DNA from: a virus
Direction: 5' to 3' (one strand)
IMG/VR virus record: IMGVR_UViG_3300005337_000003
Span: 65,799-129,798 of that record
Length of the DNA: 64,000 nt
Part shown: positions 47,539 to 57,622 of the stretch, piece by piece
How the letters are laid out: each line of letters opens with the position of its first letter
How positions within the stretch are numbered: position 1 is the stretch's first letter
Position numbers and translations under genes: made by a program
Notes under the pieces: generated by a model
The model's input: only the letters and a program-made list of their open reading frames with translations
What the model was told of the DNA's origin: nothing
Database searches by the model: none

Positions 47539-48194
47539 AGAGAATAGCACTATACGTAAACTATTACATTGACCAGCATACAGAGAGACATAGTGAACTG
47601 GAGACATGCCTGATGCACAACATCATGACTGATTTCGACGAAGTACATCTCATAACCACCCCGCAACACCGGAAGGAAATGTCTCTTAGGGGGGCAACCC
47701 ACGCACATTTCCACCAGGCAGACCACCGCCCTTCCGTAGATGAGTATATAGAGCTTGCCAATGAGAATAATGACGGTGATACTGTTGTAGTGATCTGTAA
47801 CTCTGATATATTTTTCCAGGATGATGCTGTCAAGCTACTAAAGGAATATCCCTGGGATAAAGTCAAGACCTTTATGGGGTTGTCCAGGCACGATGTGACC
47901 CCGTTAGGGGATCATGCGTTGTTGGATCGCAGGGATTCACAGGATGCTTTTGTGTGGCACGGCAAGTGTAATATTACGGGTATGGAATGCCCATTGGGAT
48001 TTCCTGGGGTGGATAATAGATTTATGCGGAAGGCTAGTGAGGCCGGATACAAAGTGCTCAACCCTGCCAGAGATATCAAAGCGCTACATTTACATAACGT
48101 AAAGATCAATAATTACCGGGACGCCAATAATAATGTGAAAGGAGATCAGATATGTCCTGAGCCTTATTATTTTGTTGCCCCACATCATTTATAA
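47535..48194 (+). CDS. GT-A-like glycosyltransferase
   Basis: ICNSDIFF...GLSRHD...SQDAFVW...GVDN...HLH. Confidence 0.65.
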   Translation: MKRIALYVNYYIDQHTERHSELETCLMHNIMTDFDEVHLITTPQHRKEMSLRGATHAHFHQADHRPSVDEYIELANENNDGDTVVVICNSDIFFQDDAVKLLKEYPWDKVKTFMGLSRHDVTPLGDHALLDRRDSQDAFVWHGKCNITGMECPLGFPGVDNRFMRKASEAGYKVLNPARDIKALHLHNVKINNYRDANNNVKGDQICPEPYYFVAPHHL

Positions 48195-48195
48195 A

Positions 48196-48435
48196 ATGAC
48201 TGAAGAAGTAAAAATAACCATCCATACGCTAAGAAAACTTACCTTGTTAGACAAGTTAGATTCTGATATGAAGCAACTGAAAGCTCGAATAAGAGCTAGG
48301 AGGGGCTACATTTTGAATAATAATCAGAAAATAGAAGCAAGTATAGACGAAGCAGTTTTGAAGTGTGTGCGTGAAGAATTAAAGGAATTGCAGAAAAAGA
48401 AAAAAAACAAATGGACGCTCGACAACTACGAATAG
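48196..48435 (+). CDS. Coiled-coil hypothetical protein
   Basis: ATG 48196. Confidence 0.5.
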   Translation: MTEEVKITIHTLRKLTLLDKLDSDMKQLKARIRARRGYILNNNQKIEASIDEAVLKCVREELKELQKKKKNKWTLDNYE

Positions 48436-48806
48436 ATCTACTTATAGAATATTTATATGAGGACCCCAGCAATGGCATTAAATGTTGGGTCGAAAGCCGG
48501 GTAAGAGCATCCGATGTTGTGGCCTGCGAGGAATACCCAAGCAAATACCGACCAATTCCCATCAGTGAGCACAAATTGTTAGAATTGGGTTGGCGGAAAA
48601 ATGGCAGACATTTCGAAAGGGGCGATTGGAGTGGATTGTTCCTGACCTATAGAATGTAGTGGTACCTCAAAAGAACACTAAGGAATGGTGAGGTTATAAC
48701 TATTTGTTATGGCTTTGAATATATCCACCAACTCCAAAATATATATCAAGCACTTGAAGGTGAAGAGTTGTCCTTAAAAAATTACCCCTGTAACCTAACT
48801 CTTTAG
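48411..48806 (+). pseudogene. Bacteroidota phage family gene interrupted by an in-frame TAG (48657-48659)
   Basis: PIPISEHKLLELGW before the stop and YIHQLQNIYQALEGEEL after it, in the same frame. Confidence 0.7.
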
Positions 48807-49004
48807 CCTGTTCAAAACTTTTTTGCCACAATAGGGTGTAAATTGCCACAATTGTCTGTATGTTTGTAACGCTGACACGGACAATGAGTAAATATTTCAA
48901 CGATTTTTATTGTTAACCAACAACCCGAAGGGGCACCGGGCAACTTTCCATGCTTCCGCATTGATCGTGCCAGCACCCGGTGACCCCCAAGGTTTTTTGT
49001 CGCT

Positions 49005-50042
49005 ATGCCTATCTGGACACCTAAACACGAGTCTTATAAGGAAACCCTTATATACATTAGGGGGAGAAAGGAAGGTAAAGTTAAATCTTTACTTACCCCC
49101 TGGAGGACAATGAATGAGATAAGTGTGGATGGTATAGAGTGGGGCTCGTGTGTATTATTTGGTGCCCGGCCAGGTGTAGGTAAGAGCTTAATGAAGTCCC
49201 AGCTGGTACGTGAGGCATTTAACTTAAATGCCGACCAACGATTCCGTAACCTGGCTTTTGAGTGGGAAATGCCGCTATTAATGGAAAATATCCGGGAGCT
49301 GGCAGCCTACCTGAACCGAAGCTACCAGTATATGTGTAGCGTTAAGGACGGGGAGGAGCAATTAACAGACGAGGAGATCATCAGGTGCCGGGACTATTTT
49401 AAGAGCCGGGTAAAGAAAAAGGATGATGTGTGGGACTCCCGGATCGATGTGGTTAACATTCCTCTTGAGGTAGACGAGTTTGAGAATACATGCATTGCAT
49501 ACGCTGACGCTTATCCGGAAGATAATATATTAGTTACCGTCGATCACATCCGCCTGGGCAAACGAAAGGATTTTCAATCCGAGCAGGATATGCTTTATGC
49601 TTATTCTGCAGCGGTGATACGGCTCAAGAAGATGGAACGGAAGAATAAGTTCATCTTCATTGTCTTAACCCATCTTAGGCGTGACATGGATGATCCAGGC
49701 AGATGTAAGCCCGGGGATGTGGGCAACTACGTAACAGATTCTGACATCCAGGGAGGAGACGCTTTCACCCAGGCCAGTGATATCATTATGGCCCTCGATG
49801 CCCCCTTCCAAAGACATATCAGCAGGTATGGAACCTATAAATATATCATTGAGGATGAACGCATACTGGTTGTCAGTTACCTCAAGGTGCGCAACGGAAG
49901 TAAATGTGTGAAGTTTATGAGGGGTTTATATGAGTCCATGCAGATAGTGGAAGCCAGGCAGCCCCCTAAAGAAGAAAAGATTAAATTGCCTAAAGTAAAT
50001 AACACAAGTAAAGAAATAAAAAAATCAAACCTATTTGACTAA
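49005..50042 (+). CDS. dnaB: DnaB-like (SF4) helicase
   Basis: GARPGVGKS Walker A, VTVDH, SDIQGGDAFTQASD, KVRNG. Confidence 0.85.
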   Translation: MPIWTPKHESYKETLIYIRGRKEGKVKSLLTPWRTMNEISVDGIEWGSCVLFGARPGVGKSLMKSQLVREAFNLNADQRFRNLAFEWEMPLLMENIRELAAYLNRSYQYMCSVKDGEEQLTDEEIIRCRDYFKSRVKKKDDVWDSRIDVVNIPLEVDEFENTCIAYADAYPEDNILVTVDHIRLGKRKDFQSEQDMLYAYSAAVIRLKKMERKNKFIFIVLTHLRRDMDDPGRCKPGDVGNYVTDSDIQGGDAFTQASDIIMALDAPFQRHISRYGTYKYIIEDERILVVSYLKVRNGSKCVKFMRGLYESMQIVEARQPPKEEKIKLPKVNNTSKEIKKSNLFD

Positions 50043-50350
50043 TGGATCCTAAAATTGTAGAGATGAACCTGGAGTTCATGAGCTTTATAGCCGAAAGAGA
50101 AACAGAAGATAATTGGTACTTGCCGCAACGCTTGCGGGATATCCTCCGGGTGGATGGTATTGCCAAGAATGTAAACCCCGAAAGCTTGCCATTTGATGTG
50201 AGCTGGGAATGGCTGATGTTGGTGGTGGAGAAGCTGAGCCGTGCAGGCGCGTTAGTGGATATGCACGACCTGACAGATATTGATTATATAACCACAGTTT
50301 ACTGGCGGACAGTAGACATCTACGATTATTATAAGAAAAATGGAAACTGA
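50042..50350 (+). CDS. Hypothetical protein
   Basis: LPFDVSWEWLMLVVEKL. Confidence 0.65.
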   Translation: MDPKIVEMNLEFMSFIAERETEDNWYLPQRLRDILRVDGIAKNVNPESLPFDVSWEWLMLVVEKLSRAGALVDMHDLTDIDYITTVYWRTVDIYDYYKKNGN

Positions 50351-50642
50351 AAATATCAAAAATATTAAGGGTATTGAGAATATAGAAAAACATTACCCTG
50401 GAATTACTCACGAAATTGAGGATTTAATATTTAGAGCACAGAACGGATTTACTCAAGGGTATACCTGTGCCTGCGCGAATTTAATTAGGCTTACCGGAGA
50501 CGCCACTGGTACCCATGAGGCCGAATTGTTACGATGTAATACGCATACTATAAGTGGACTAAGGGCAGCCGGCTGTGAAGAAAGCGATATTGACATTCTT
50601 AAACCCACAATTAAAGAAATTAATCGCAAATGGAAGATTTAA
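50340..50642 (+). CDS. Hypothetical protein
   Basis: GFTQGYTCACA. Confidence 0.6.
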   Translation: METENIKNIKGIENIEKHYPGITHEIEDLIFRAQNGFTQGYTCACANLIRLTGDATGTHEAELLRCNTHTISGLRAAGCEESDIDILKPTIKEINRKWKI

Positions 50643-50911
50643 TAGAAAATACGCCTGAGGATAAAGCTTATCAGATCCTGCATGGTGTGGAGTTTCTGGA
50701 CTCTCACTCTTTACATAAGGCAATGTATGCAGTCTTAGAACTAATCCTTACCCACGAAAAACAACTCGCTGACCAAACCAATCTTGCCGACGGTCTAGTG
50801 CAAGCAATCACGAAGGTAAAAGAAACGGCCTTTTACAAAGAATACCTTATATATTCCGTTATTGACAAATTACTTACTGAGGCATTAATCAAATACCAAC
50901 ATAGGAATTGA
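50630..50911 (+). CDS. Hypothetical protein
   Basis: Coupled ORF. Confidence 0.55.
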   Translation: MEDLIENTPEDKAYQILHGVEFLDSHSLHKAMYAVLELILTHEKQLADQTNLADGLVQAITKVKETAFYKEYLIYSVIDKLLTEALIKYQHRN

Positions 50912-50947
50912 CTATGAAATAAATAAATTTTTAAAAACACTTGAATA

Positions 50948-51178
50948 ATGGATGAAAACGCAGTAACAAGGTTGGGTCTTATACTGGCCAAGCAAGCCGA
51001 AATAGAAGGTATGAAGGCTTTAAATTATAGGCAAAAAGCCCGCTATAATGCAGAGCCTTTATACGGGCAGAATGATTTTGACCAAATGGCCATACAGCTA
51101 GAATTCTTATCAACCGCCGCAATAGAAGATATTATTAAGTCTTTAAACACCCACAACGCGAAGCAAAAGGATGGATAA
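50948..51178 (+). CDS. Hypothetical protein
   Basis: AEIEGMKALN..R. Confidence 0.6.
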   Translation: MDENAVTRLGLILAKQAEIEGMKALNYRQKARYNAEPLYGQNDFDQMAIQLEFLSTAAIEDIIKSLNTHNAKQKDG

Positions 51179-51455
51179 GATGTATATTGAAGACGTAATA
51201 GGAAATCACATAAAAGAGTTCGTTCAAAAACAAGACGAGTTCGTTATTGACAAATTAAATAAACAGAAAGGTTTTGTAAGCATTGAAGAAAGCAAACATC
51301 TGATAGAAGTGAATAAAATGATGCAAAACGGTCATTGGTTGGGCACAGATTATATTTTCAACGGAAGGCGTTTTTTGACAATATACCCACCGGAATTTAA
51401 TGAAACCCAAAGGCAGCTGATCTTGTCATTTAATTATTTAGAATACGACGAATGA
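51171..51455 (+). CDS. Hypothetical protein
   Basis: Coupled ORF. Confidence 0.55.
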   Translation: MDKMYIEDVIGNHIKEFVQKQDEFVIDKLNKQKGFVSIEESKHLIEVNKMMQNGHWLGTDYIFNGRRFLTIYPPEFNETQRQLILSFNYLEYDE

Positions 51456-51790
51456 AATACACCGAAGAACAAATACAGGAAATGGCTAAGGCGGCCTACC
51501 CAACGACCAGCAACGAAAGCACATTGTTTAATGAATTATCTATTGCAAAACAGGAAGCTTACATCAAAGGCTTCACCGCCTGCCAGGAACAAAACCCGTG
51601 GCGCATGGTAGAGGATGGGCTGCCACAATGCCTTTCTGGGTTTTCAGAAAGAGTATTATGTTTCTACGAAACAGGCCTTGTTCAGACAGCGTTTTACGAC
51701 TTTGAGATGAATAGGTGGTCGGGCCTAAATTTACCAAAAGTCACCCACTGGAAGTACCTCGACGCGCCGCCAGTCAACAAGGAAGGATAA
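51452..51790 (+). CDS. DUF551-like protein
   Basis: PWRMVEDGLP...VTHWKYL..PP. Confidence 0.7.
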   Translation: MKYTEEQIQEMAKAAYPTTSNESTLFNELSIAKQEAYIKGFTACQEQNPWRMVEDGLPQCLSGFSERVLCFYETGLVQTAFYDFEMNRWSGLNLPKVTHWKYLDAPPVNKEG

Positions 51791-51795
51791 AAGAG

Positions 51796-51978
51796 ATGAG
51801 CAAGACAAAGTATATATGCACAGAATGTGGAGGAGACGCTACAGTTGCCTACTGCCCACTAACGATAAAAAGAGGTAAAAACAAAGGTAAGGAAGTGGCT
51901 TCTTGGGGCGGCCTGATACAGCCAGGAGAGAGGATTTGCTTGCCGTGTGGCCGTAAACGAGGTGTTAATTTTTTTTAA
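51796..51978 (+). CDS. Small Zn-ribbon protein
   Basis: CTECG...CLPC. Confidence 0.55.
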   Translation: MSKTKYICTECGGDATVAYCPLTIKRGKNKGKEVASWGGLIQPGERICLPCGRKRGVNFF

Positions 51979-51988
51979 TTAGTAGTCC

Positions 51989-52570
51989 ATGAAATATCAC
52001 AACCCGATCATAAAACTAAAAGACGATAGCTTAGTGTTCTGCTACTATCCAGACCCGGAGCCTAAAATAGAGGACTTCTCACCGTACGCTAAAAAAAGTA
52101 TGAAAACGCACCACGTAATAGCTCATCAAATTTGGAAATCCAAATATCAGGAAGTGCCGTTCAGGCCTGAGGATAAAGCAGAGGCAATGGGTGCCTGCAT
52201 AGACGCGTCTGATTATGTGGATGACCACGGTGATTATAATTATTACACATATTTGATAGGAGCAGGCATCCCAGCCGACCCAATAGTAGATAGGGTAGAA
52301 ATAGTCAATATTTATACCTGGAATCCTGGCAACTACATGAACACCTGTGCTGTATGTAAAAGCAATTTTATGGGAGGCGTTAAGCTGCAACGTGTTTGCC
52401 AAGAATGCTGTGAGAGTACTAAGATTGCCATCCTAATTCCCCAAGAGGAGAAAGAATCTGATTTGTGGTTGATTGCTCATACTGAATTTTATGAAAATAC
52501 CGGAAGCAAGGATTCCGTCGAATTTCTTAGGTTTTTACGACAAAATTTCACAATAACACGTAATAAATAA
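51989..52570 (+). CDS. Hypothetical Zn-finger-containing protein
   Basis: PGNYMNTCAVC...CQEC. Confidence 0.6.
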   Translation: MKYHNPIIKLKDDSLVFCYYPDPEPKIEDFSPYAKKSMKTHHVIAHQIWKSKYQEVPFRPEDKAEAMGACIDASDYVDDHGDYNYYTYLIGAGIPADPIVDRVEIVNIYTWNPGNYMNTCAVCKSNFMGGVKLQRVCQECCESTKIAILIPQEEKESDLWLIAHTEFYENTGSKDSVEFLRFLRQNFTITRNK

Positions 52571-52596
52571 AATGAAGAAAATTCATTATTTAAACT

Positions 52597-52815
52597 ATGG
52601 AAAATCTAAAATACACAACTGTTAAAGTTAGTGGTATCATAATATCTATCTCAAAATTGACCCATATCCCAGGTTACACTGAGACAGTATTAAGTGTACA
52701 ACTACCATCTGATGAAGAACTAAAGAGAATGACAAAAAAGCAAGTGGATGCGTGGGCAAAAGAATCTAATACAACGATCCAAAAAGTTTGTGACCTAATG
52801 AACAAATATCTTTAA
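52597..52815 (+). CDS. Hypothetical protein
   Basis: 72 aa. Confidence 0.55.
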   Translation: MENLKYTTVKVSGIIISISKLTHIPGYTETVLSVQLPSDEELKRMTKKQVDAWAKESNTTIQKVCDLMNKYL

Positions 52816-52818
52816 AAT

Positions 52819-54117
52819 ATGGAAAAAGAAGTACAAAAAGTCGAAATAATGCCAGTTGACAAGATCACTCAGGAACTGGCAGCTAAAAACATTACTGAAT
52901 CCATCCTGAAGGAGATGGAAGAGAAGTTCCTACCGCTTACAATAGAAGGCATTGACGACAAAGTAGGATACGAGGCAGTGCATAAGGCCCGTATCGCCTG
53001 CAAAAATACCAGGATCCTCGCCACGAAAATATGTAAAGAAGGAAGGGAAGAGGCCATTGCAGTACAAAAGCAGTGGATCAATAAGGAAAAAGAAGTAGTA
53101 GCCAGGATAGAAGCTGTGGAGCAGGTACTGGAAGAGCGTCAAAAGACTGTAGATGAAGAGAAGAAGCGCCTCAAGGAAGTCGAGGAACGCCAAAAGCAGG
53201 AACGCCTTAACGATAGGGTGAACAGGCTGCTAAGTCTCGGCATGGTATACACAGGCACAGGCTACCAGCTGGAGGAACTCAGGATGGGGGTTCTGGAACT
53301 AAAAGAGGCCAATGACCTGGAGTGGACTGCCTTCCTGGCCTCTGTGGAGACGCGTAGCGCCGCGTTGCTGGAAGCTAAGCGCATTGAGGACGAGCAAAAA
53401 GCACAGCAGGCCGCCAGGATTAAGGCCCAGGCAGAAGAAAACGCCCGCAAGGAGGCTGAGATTAAAGCCAGGGAAGAAGCTATTTTTAAAAAGGAGCAGG
53501 AAATGAAAGCAGCAGCTGAAGCGCTGGAAAAAGCTGAAAAGGAGAAAAAAGAAGCTGAAGCCAGACGCCAAGAAGAGATTAGGGAGGCCAGGATCAAGGA
53601 GGCCAAGTCTCAGTTGTATTCAATTGGCTTTGCCTATCAGGGGGACACGTTCGTGTTTAATCGCCTTAAGGTGCCTCTGAAATGGGTTGAGGATAATGCT
53701 GAGAATAAGTGGGCAGACTCTATCATTCTGCTGCAAAAAGAAATAGCTACTATCAAGGAAGAAATGGAAGCTGAGCGTATAGCTGCGGAAAAGAAAGCAG
53801 AAGAGGAAAGGATAATTCGGGAAGAGAAAATACGCCTGGAAGCTATTGAGGCAGAAAAGAAAAGACAAGCAGAGGCTGCGGCTGCAGAAAAAGCGAAGCA
53901 GGAGGCCCTGGAGGCAGAGCGCAAAAGACTACAGGCCCTAGCTCCAGACGCAGATAAATTTGCTTCCATCATCCACCAGATTTTAGCTGTGAAATGGCCT
54001 GATTTTACATCTGTTGAGTACCAGAATATTGGTGTTGATGCTATAAACAAGCTACAGGGATGGGCAGGATATGTAAGGAAGCAGGAAAACACAATTAAAA
54101 ACCAACAAACCAAGTAA
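52819..54117 (+). CDS. Long coiled-coil protein
   Basis: GYEAVHKAR...; E/K/A-rich; ALAPDADK. Confidence 0.7.
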   Translation: MEKEVQKVEIMPVDKITQELAAKNITESILKEMEEKFLPLTIEGIDDKVGYEAVHKARIACKNTRILATKICKEGREEAIAVQKQWINKEKEVVARIEAVEQVLEERQKTVDEEKKRLKEVEERQKQERLNDRVNRLLSLGMVYTGTGYQLEELRMGVLELKEANDLEWTAFLASVETRSAALLEAKRIEDEQKAQQAARIKAQAEENARKEAEIKAREEAIFKKEQEMKAAAEALEKAEKEKKEAEARRQEEIREARIKEAKSQLYSIGFAYQGDTFVFNRLKVPLKWVEDNAENKWADSIILLQKEIATIKEEMEAERIAAEKKAEEERIIREEKIRLEAIEAEKKRQAEAAAAEKAKQEALEAERKRLQALAPDADKFASIIHQILAVKWPDFTSVEYQNIGVDAINKLQGWAGYVRKQENTIKNQQTK

Positions 54118-54118
54118 T

Positions 54119-54883
54119 ATGCTAAATTCAAAGCCCGTTGATAAATTAGTATTCTTAGATGTCGAGGCAACATCACAGTACAGAACTTTTGATGAAATGC
54201 CAGAAAAACTCAAGGAACTGTTTCGGAAACGCTTCAAAATAGAGTTTGATAAAATAGATCCGAACTGGGGACAGGAAAAGTCTTTACAGTACATAGAAAA
54301 CCTCTACAATGCCAAGGCGCCCCTGCATCCTGAGTGGGCCAAGATTATCTGCATCTCGGTTGGCCGCTTTGTTTCGCCTATTACTGCTGGAGGCGACTTA
54401 GAATTCAAGACCAAGGCATTTATAGGAGAAGAGAAGGAGATATTGGCTTCTTTTCATAAGGCTCTAAAACCGATACTGGATGTGACATTCAACCATCCCG
54501 AGCACTTAGTAGCTCACGCGGGGATGATATACGACTTTCCGATGATTGCCAAGCGCATGATCCTTAATCGTATGCCATTACCTCCAGCCCTGGACTACTC
54601 CGATCGTAAACCCTGGGACTTAGCTTATTTGGTCGATACAGCGACTACCTGGAAGTACGGACAGTTTGACGGTGGAGCTGCGCTGGATATGTTGGCATAT
54701 CAGTTCGATATAGCATCCAGTAAAACCACCATGGACGGCAGCATGGTGAAGGATGAATTTTGGGAGAAGGGGAATATTGCGGGAATTGCCCACTACTGTA
54801 ATTTAGATGTTTTCGTTTTGGCCCAAGTATATTTAAGGCTCAAGAACTTAAACAACAAAGTTATTATGACATCTGAGAATTAA
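54119..54883 (+). CDS. PolB-type 3'-5' exonuclease
   Basis: FLDVE (ExoI), YDFPMI (ExoII), YCNLDV (ExoIII). Confidence 0.82.
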   Translation: MLNSKPVDKLVFLDVEATSQYRTFDEMPEKLKELFRKRFKIEFDKIDPNWGQEKSLQYIENLYNAKAPLHPEWAKIICISVGRFVSPITAGGDLEFKTKAFIGEEKEILASFHKALKPILDVTFNHPEHLVAHAGMIYDFPMIAKRMILNRMPLPPALDYSDRKPWDLAYLVDTATTWKYGQFDGGAALDMLAYQFDIASSKTTMDGSMVKDEFWEKGNIAGIAHYCNLDVFVLAQVYLRLKNLNNKVIMTSEN

Positions 54884-54955
54884 CAAAAAACAGTTGCAGT
54901 TTCGAAATGAAATTGCCACATTGCAAACAAATAAGTAAACATAAAAAATAAGAAA

Positions 54956-55357
54956 ATGGCAACACAAAAAATCATCGTAGCATCTATTAAGAACAATGAT
55001 AAATGGCTGAATGTAACGGACTCTAATAATATAGAGTGGGGAATCAACAAGGAAAAGAATCCTAAACTGGCAGCATTAGTAGCTACACTCCAGCAGGGCC
55101 AGGAATTCACAGCCAACACCTGGGAGAAAGATAAGGGTGATGGCAAAATAGCACGTATGTTATTTGAGCCGGATGAGGCTAAGGACGGAGGTAAAAAATT
55201 CACTCCCAAAGTAACATCTGATGCAGACTACATGATGAGCTGCATTACAGCTGCCTGCCAGGCGTTTTCGCTAACCAAGGATGAGAATAAGACCAAAGAA
55301 AAAATAGCAGAGTGGGCAGAATATTTTTACACTAAAGTACAGGAGAAAAAGAAATGA
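54956..55357 (+). CDS. Putative ssDNA-binding/OB-fold-like protein
   Basis: Position in the replication block; sequence pattern only. Confidence 0.45.
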   Translation: MATQKIIVASIKNNDKWLNVTDSNNIEWGINKEKNPKLAALVATLQQGQEFTANTWEKDKGDGKIARMLFEPDEAKDGGKKFTPKVTSDADYMMSCITAACQAFSLTKDENKTKEKIAEWAEYFYTKVQEKKK

Positions 55358-56151
55358 TAACTACAAATAAAATACCGCTAACAAATGGCGCATTCACCAA
55401 GCCCTTCCTTGATCCAGGTAATCATAAGGTGAAGCTCAATGAATTGGAAATAAAAGCCGTTACAATCAAAGATCTTCCAGGTCACCGGCTGTATTTACAC
55501 GTAGAGACCCCTCCTGTGGGGGGCTCTTTCCAGGGAGCTAAGGACAAGTCAGGGAATCGTTATGCAGGCCAGATCGGGCGTATAGGCATGTCACAGTGGG
55601 CATATACAGACAATCCAGGTAAGGGCATTATTGGGGAAGATGAGGTGGCCAGGGCTGTAGGTTATCTATGTCGTGATCTGGGACTGGCAGACTGGTGGAA
55701 CAATAAGGAATTCGAAAGTCTCCAGACTATGGTGGATCAATTTAATAGTGATAAACCATACAAGGATGTGTATTTCTATGTATGCGCTGGAGGTCGTCCG
55801 TATAAAAGCGAAGATGGCAAATATGTTAATTATGAGCTGTTTTTGCCCCGTTATGAAGGCCCAAACAATAAACCCTTTGCCTTATCGAATTCATTTGTAA
55901 TTACCTTTAACAAGGATTTACACGTCCTGGCGGAGAATGGGCCAAGGCCTGCTGCAGGTAATGAGCCTAAGCCCGGCATTACAACCGAACTGCCAAAGGG
56001 GGACGTATTATCATTTTTGAACCAGAACGGGGAAAGCCCCAAAGCCGCCACACCCGAGTGGCCTAGCCGTGCGGATGATTTTCTGGCTAATAAAAAATCA
56101 GAAGAAAAAGCCATAGAAAATTCAGACGATTGGGACGAACTTCCCTTTTAG
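55354..56151 (+). CDS. SSB-like protein of crAss-like phages
   Basis: Acidic DDWDELPF tail; YVNYELFLP; directly before primase. Confidence 0.6.
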   Translation: MITTNKIPLTNGAFTKPFLDPGNHKVKLNELEIKAVTIKDLPGHRLYLHVETPPVGGSFQGAKDKSGNRYAGQIGRIGMSQWAYTDNPGKGIIGEDEVARAVGYLCRDLGLADWWNNKEFESLQTMVDQFNSDKPYKDVYFYVCAGGRPYKSEDGKYVNYELFLPRYEGPNNKPFALSNSFVITFNKDLHVLAENGPRPAAGNEPKPGITTELPKGDVLSFLNQNGESPKAATPEWPSRADDFLANKKSEEKAIENSDDWDELPF

Positions 56152-56159
56152 CAAAATAC

Positions 56160-57140
56160 TTGATCAACACCTCCAACATACTCCTGGACGTCAACACCAT
56201 CCCTACCGAGTGGGTCTTTCAGTTCTTTTTAGGGCTGGAAGAACCTCTTGCGGGGGAGAACATCATGGTTAGTTCTCCCTTTGCGGAGGATCCTAATCCG
56301 TCATTCTCAGTGTTCAAACCCAAGGGTAAGGATTTATATAGGTGGTGCTGCTTCTCAAGTGGCTGGAAGGGGGACGTGGTGGATTTGATAGCCAGGCTGA
56401 AGGCACCTACACCAGCTCAACCTATTCCCCGTCTGGAAGCCTCCAGGCTGCTCAAGGAGATCTATCTTGCCAAAAAAGACCCAGGCTACAAACCCAAAGC
56501 CCATCTTCCAAACTCTCGTGGGAGGGTCACTAAGTACGAGGTGCGTAAATGGGAGATGCGAGATACCAAGTTTTGGGGCGCTTTTGAAATTACAATCAAC
56601 ATGTGTCGTAGGTATAATGTCGCACCATTAGCCTGGTTTGAGATGGAGAAGATGAAAAGTGGTATATTGAGGACCTTTGTATTTACAGGCCTGATCTATG
56701 GGTATTTTACCGCCGATGGCCAGCTGGCTAAGATCTATCGCCCAGGTGAGAAAAAAGGCAAGTTCATTAAGGTCCTTGAGGCAGAATGGATTCAGGGTAT
56801 GGATCAGTTGAGGTATGAAACTGATGAGCTTATTATACACTCCTCTATGAAGGAAAACATGTGTTTTCTGTGTATTGGTTTTGAGGGAGAGTATGAGGTG
56901 GTTGCTCCAGATTCAGAGAACATACTCATAAGTCCGGGAATGATGACGTACTTAAAGTCCAGGTATAAGAGGATAAGAGGGTTGTTTGATAATGACACAG
57001 CTGGACGTAAAGCAGCTGCTTTGTATCAGGAAGTCTACCAGGCAGAGCCAATATTTTTTGAGATGTCCAAGGATGTGTCAGACTCTGCCAGAGATTACTC
57101 AGGAAGTGCTGTGAGAATTAAGTTGTTACAAATTTTATAA
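56160..57140 (+). CDS. DNA primase (TOPRIM), crAss-like
   Basis: Probable TTG start; APDSE, FDNDTAG, KDVSD. Confidence 0.8.
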   Translation: MINTSNILLDVNTIPTEWVFQFFLGLEEPLAGENIMVSSPFAEDPNPSFSVFKPKGKDLYRWCCFSSGWKGDVVDLIARLKAPTPAQPIPRLEASRLLKEIYLAKKDPGYKPKAHLPNSRGRVTKYEVRKWEMRDTKFWGAFEITINMCRRYNVAPLAWFEMEKMKSGILRTFVFTGLIYGYFTADGQLAKIYRPGEKKGKFIKVLEAEWIQGMDQLRYETDELIIHSSMKENMCFLCIGFEGEYEVVAPDSENILISPGMMTYLKSRYKRIRGLFDNDTAGRKAAALYQEVYQAEPIFFEMSKDVSDSARDYSGSAVRIKLLQIL

Positions 57141-57141
57141 A

Positions 57142-57597
57142 ATGGAAATTTCAAACGAAATAAAAGCGAGGGTGTTCGCCCATTATTTGGGGCAAAAAAT
57201 GAAAGATTATTGTGCTGAGCCAGAAAACGACATTTGCACGTTAACACAAGTTGATGTACAGCACGGCTGTGTGGCCGATGAACATGGTAATTTTGATATA
57301 AAGTTTAATGATGTTCGATTGCTTCTTAGGCCGCCAAACGCTATAACGGACGAGGATGCGATTGAGGTTGGTCGGATTATTGGGCATGACTTCGGGGACT
57401 ATGCAGAGGGGAAGAGTAAAGTCTTGTACTTCGGCAAAAAGTATATTCAGGAAGCATTTGACGTTGAGTGGATAAACAGACACGTCCAGACATCTTGGCA
57501 AGTTGGGCAGTTTCTTCAACTTCGTGGCTACGACCTTCCAAATTACTTACTTGGCGGTAAAACCCTTCACGAAGCAGGGTTGGCTGTTTATAAATAA
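57142..57597 (+). CDS. Bacteroidota phage family protein
   Basis: LLLRP..ITDEDA...FLQLRGYDLP. Confidence 0.65.
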   Translation: MEISNEIKARVFAHYLGQKMKDYCAEPENDICTLTQVDVQHGCVADEHGNFDIKFNDVRLLLRPPNAITDEDAIEVGRIIGHDFGDYAEGKSKVLYFGKKYIQEAFDVEWINRHVQTSWQVGQFLQLRGYDLPNYLLGGKTLHEAGLAVYK

Positions 57598-57622
57598 AAA
57601 CATATTTTAAAAACACAATAAC

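Noticed and set aside
56139-56162. -1 frameshift fusing SSB to primase at CCC TTT TAG
   Set aside because: Heptamer is T CCC TTT (poor re-pairing); DELPF is a normal SSB tail; primase has a plausible TTG start
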